Shown in pieces: positions 63,932 through 64,000 of a stretch of DNA of 64,000 nucleotides. The position numbers were made by a program, and so were the translations under genes. Within the stretch, counting starts at the first letter, position 1; each line of letters begins with the position of its first letter. Under the pieces are notes generated by a model, which ran no database searches, had not been told where the DNA came from, and saw nothing but the letters and a program-made list of their open reading frames with translations. Origin of the DNA: Jatrophihabitantaceae bacterium (GTDB lineage: Bacteria; Actinomycetota; Actinomycetes; Mycobacteriales; Jatrophihabitantaceae); contig DATAEG010000003.1 of the NCBI GenBank assembly GCA_036258135.1, positions 128 through 64,127 on the forward strand. Direction: 5' to 3'.

Positions 63932-64000
63932 CAGCCGAGGTCGTTCGTGTCGAACGTGTTGCACTGGTCGGGGTTGCCGGTGCGGTAGCCGATCGTGAAC
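63932..64000 (-). CDS. 3' end of an unidentified gene (partial, runs off the window)
   Basis: The minus-strand frame reads ...FTIGYRTGNPDQCNTFDTNDLG with a stop at 63932-63934. Too short to identify. Confidence 0.25.

Noticed and set aside
63942-63956. Inverted repeat CGTTCG-TGT-CGAACG, reminiscent of an SOS box.
   Set aside because: The half-site order is GTTC...GAAC, the inverse of the actinobacterial LexA box (GAAC-N4-GTTC). It lies inside the probable 3' coding end of a minus-strand gene.

Overview
This is a very GC-rich chromosomal core segment (roughly 70% G+C by eye, with strong third-position G/C bias). It looks actinobacterial and carries about 60 genes. I saw no rRNA, tRNA, CRISPR array or intact IS element.

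Gene content in order:
- An HNH-endonuclease remnant.
- Trehalose/glycogen genes: glgX-treY and, separately, treZ coupled to a RibD_C-type reductase. A PPK2 gene and a PH-domain membrane protein gene lie between treY and treZ.
- A TPP riboswitch driving a ykoEDC-type ECF thiamine/HMP importer.
- An RDD protein and uvrB.
- A small accessory stretch: two VOC proteins, a PfkB kinase with psuG, an ABM protein, an aldo-keto reductase, ung, an SDR, an MBL hydrolase and a DUF4032 protein.
- A DUF559 pseudogene, uvrA and a 2H phosphoesterase.
- A glycine-rich membrane protein with a TetR regulator, and a membrane-anchored SBP-VWA protein.
- A long block syntenic with M. tuberculosis Rv1420-Rv1466: uvrC-rapZ-yvcK-whiA, gap-pgk-tpiA-secG-rbpA, pgl-opcA-zwf-pgi-tal-tkt, ctaB, ctaA, an ABC-2 transporter, an acyltransferase and sufR-sufBDCSU-sufT.

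Many gene junctions are 4-nt ATGA/GTGA/TTGA overlaps, and I used these to choose start codons.

Most interesting non-coding signals:
1. A roughly 50-nt structured repeat that sits directly after stop codons. There are four clear copies, with compensatory stem changes and a conserved 7-nt loop.
2. A second repeat family that inflates the normally tight pgk-tpiA and tkt-tal junctions. Its core resembles twin palindromes upstream of the membrane-protein/TetR operon.
3. A yihY plus mazEF-like toxin-antitoxin insertion between whiA and gap.
4. RecA-NDp/PafBC-type promoter motifs at uvrA and possibly uvrB.

I found nothing that clearly amounts to a new multi-gene system. Start codons are judged by eye and may be off by one alternative start.
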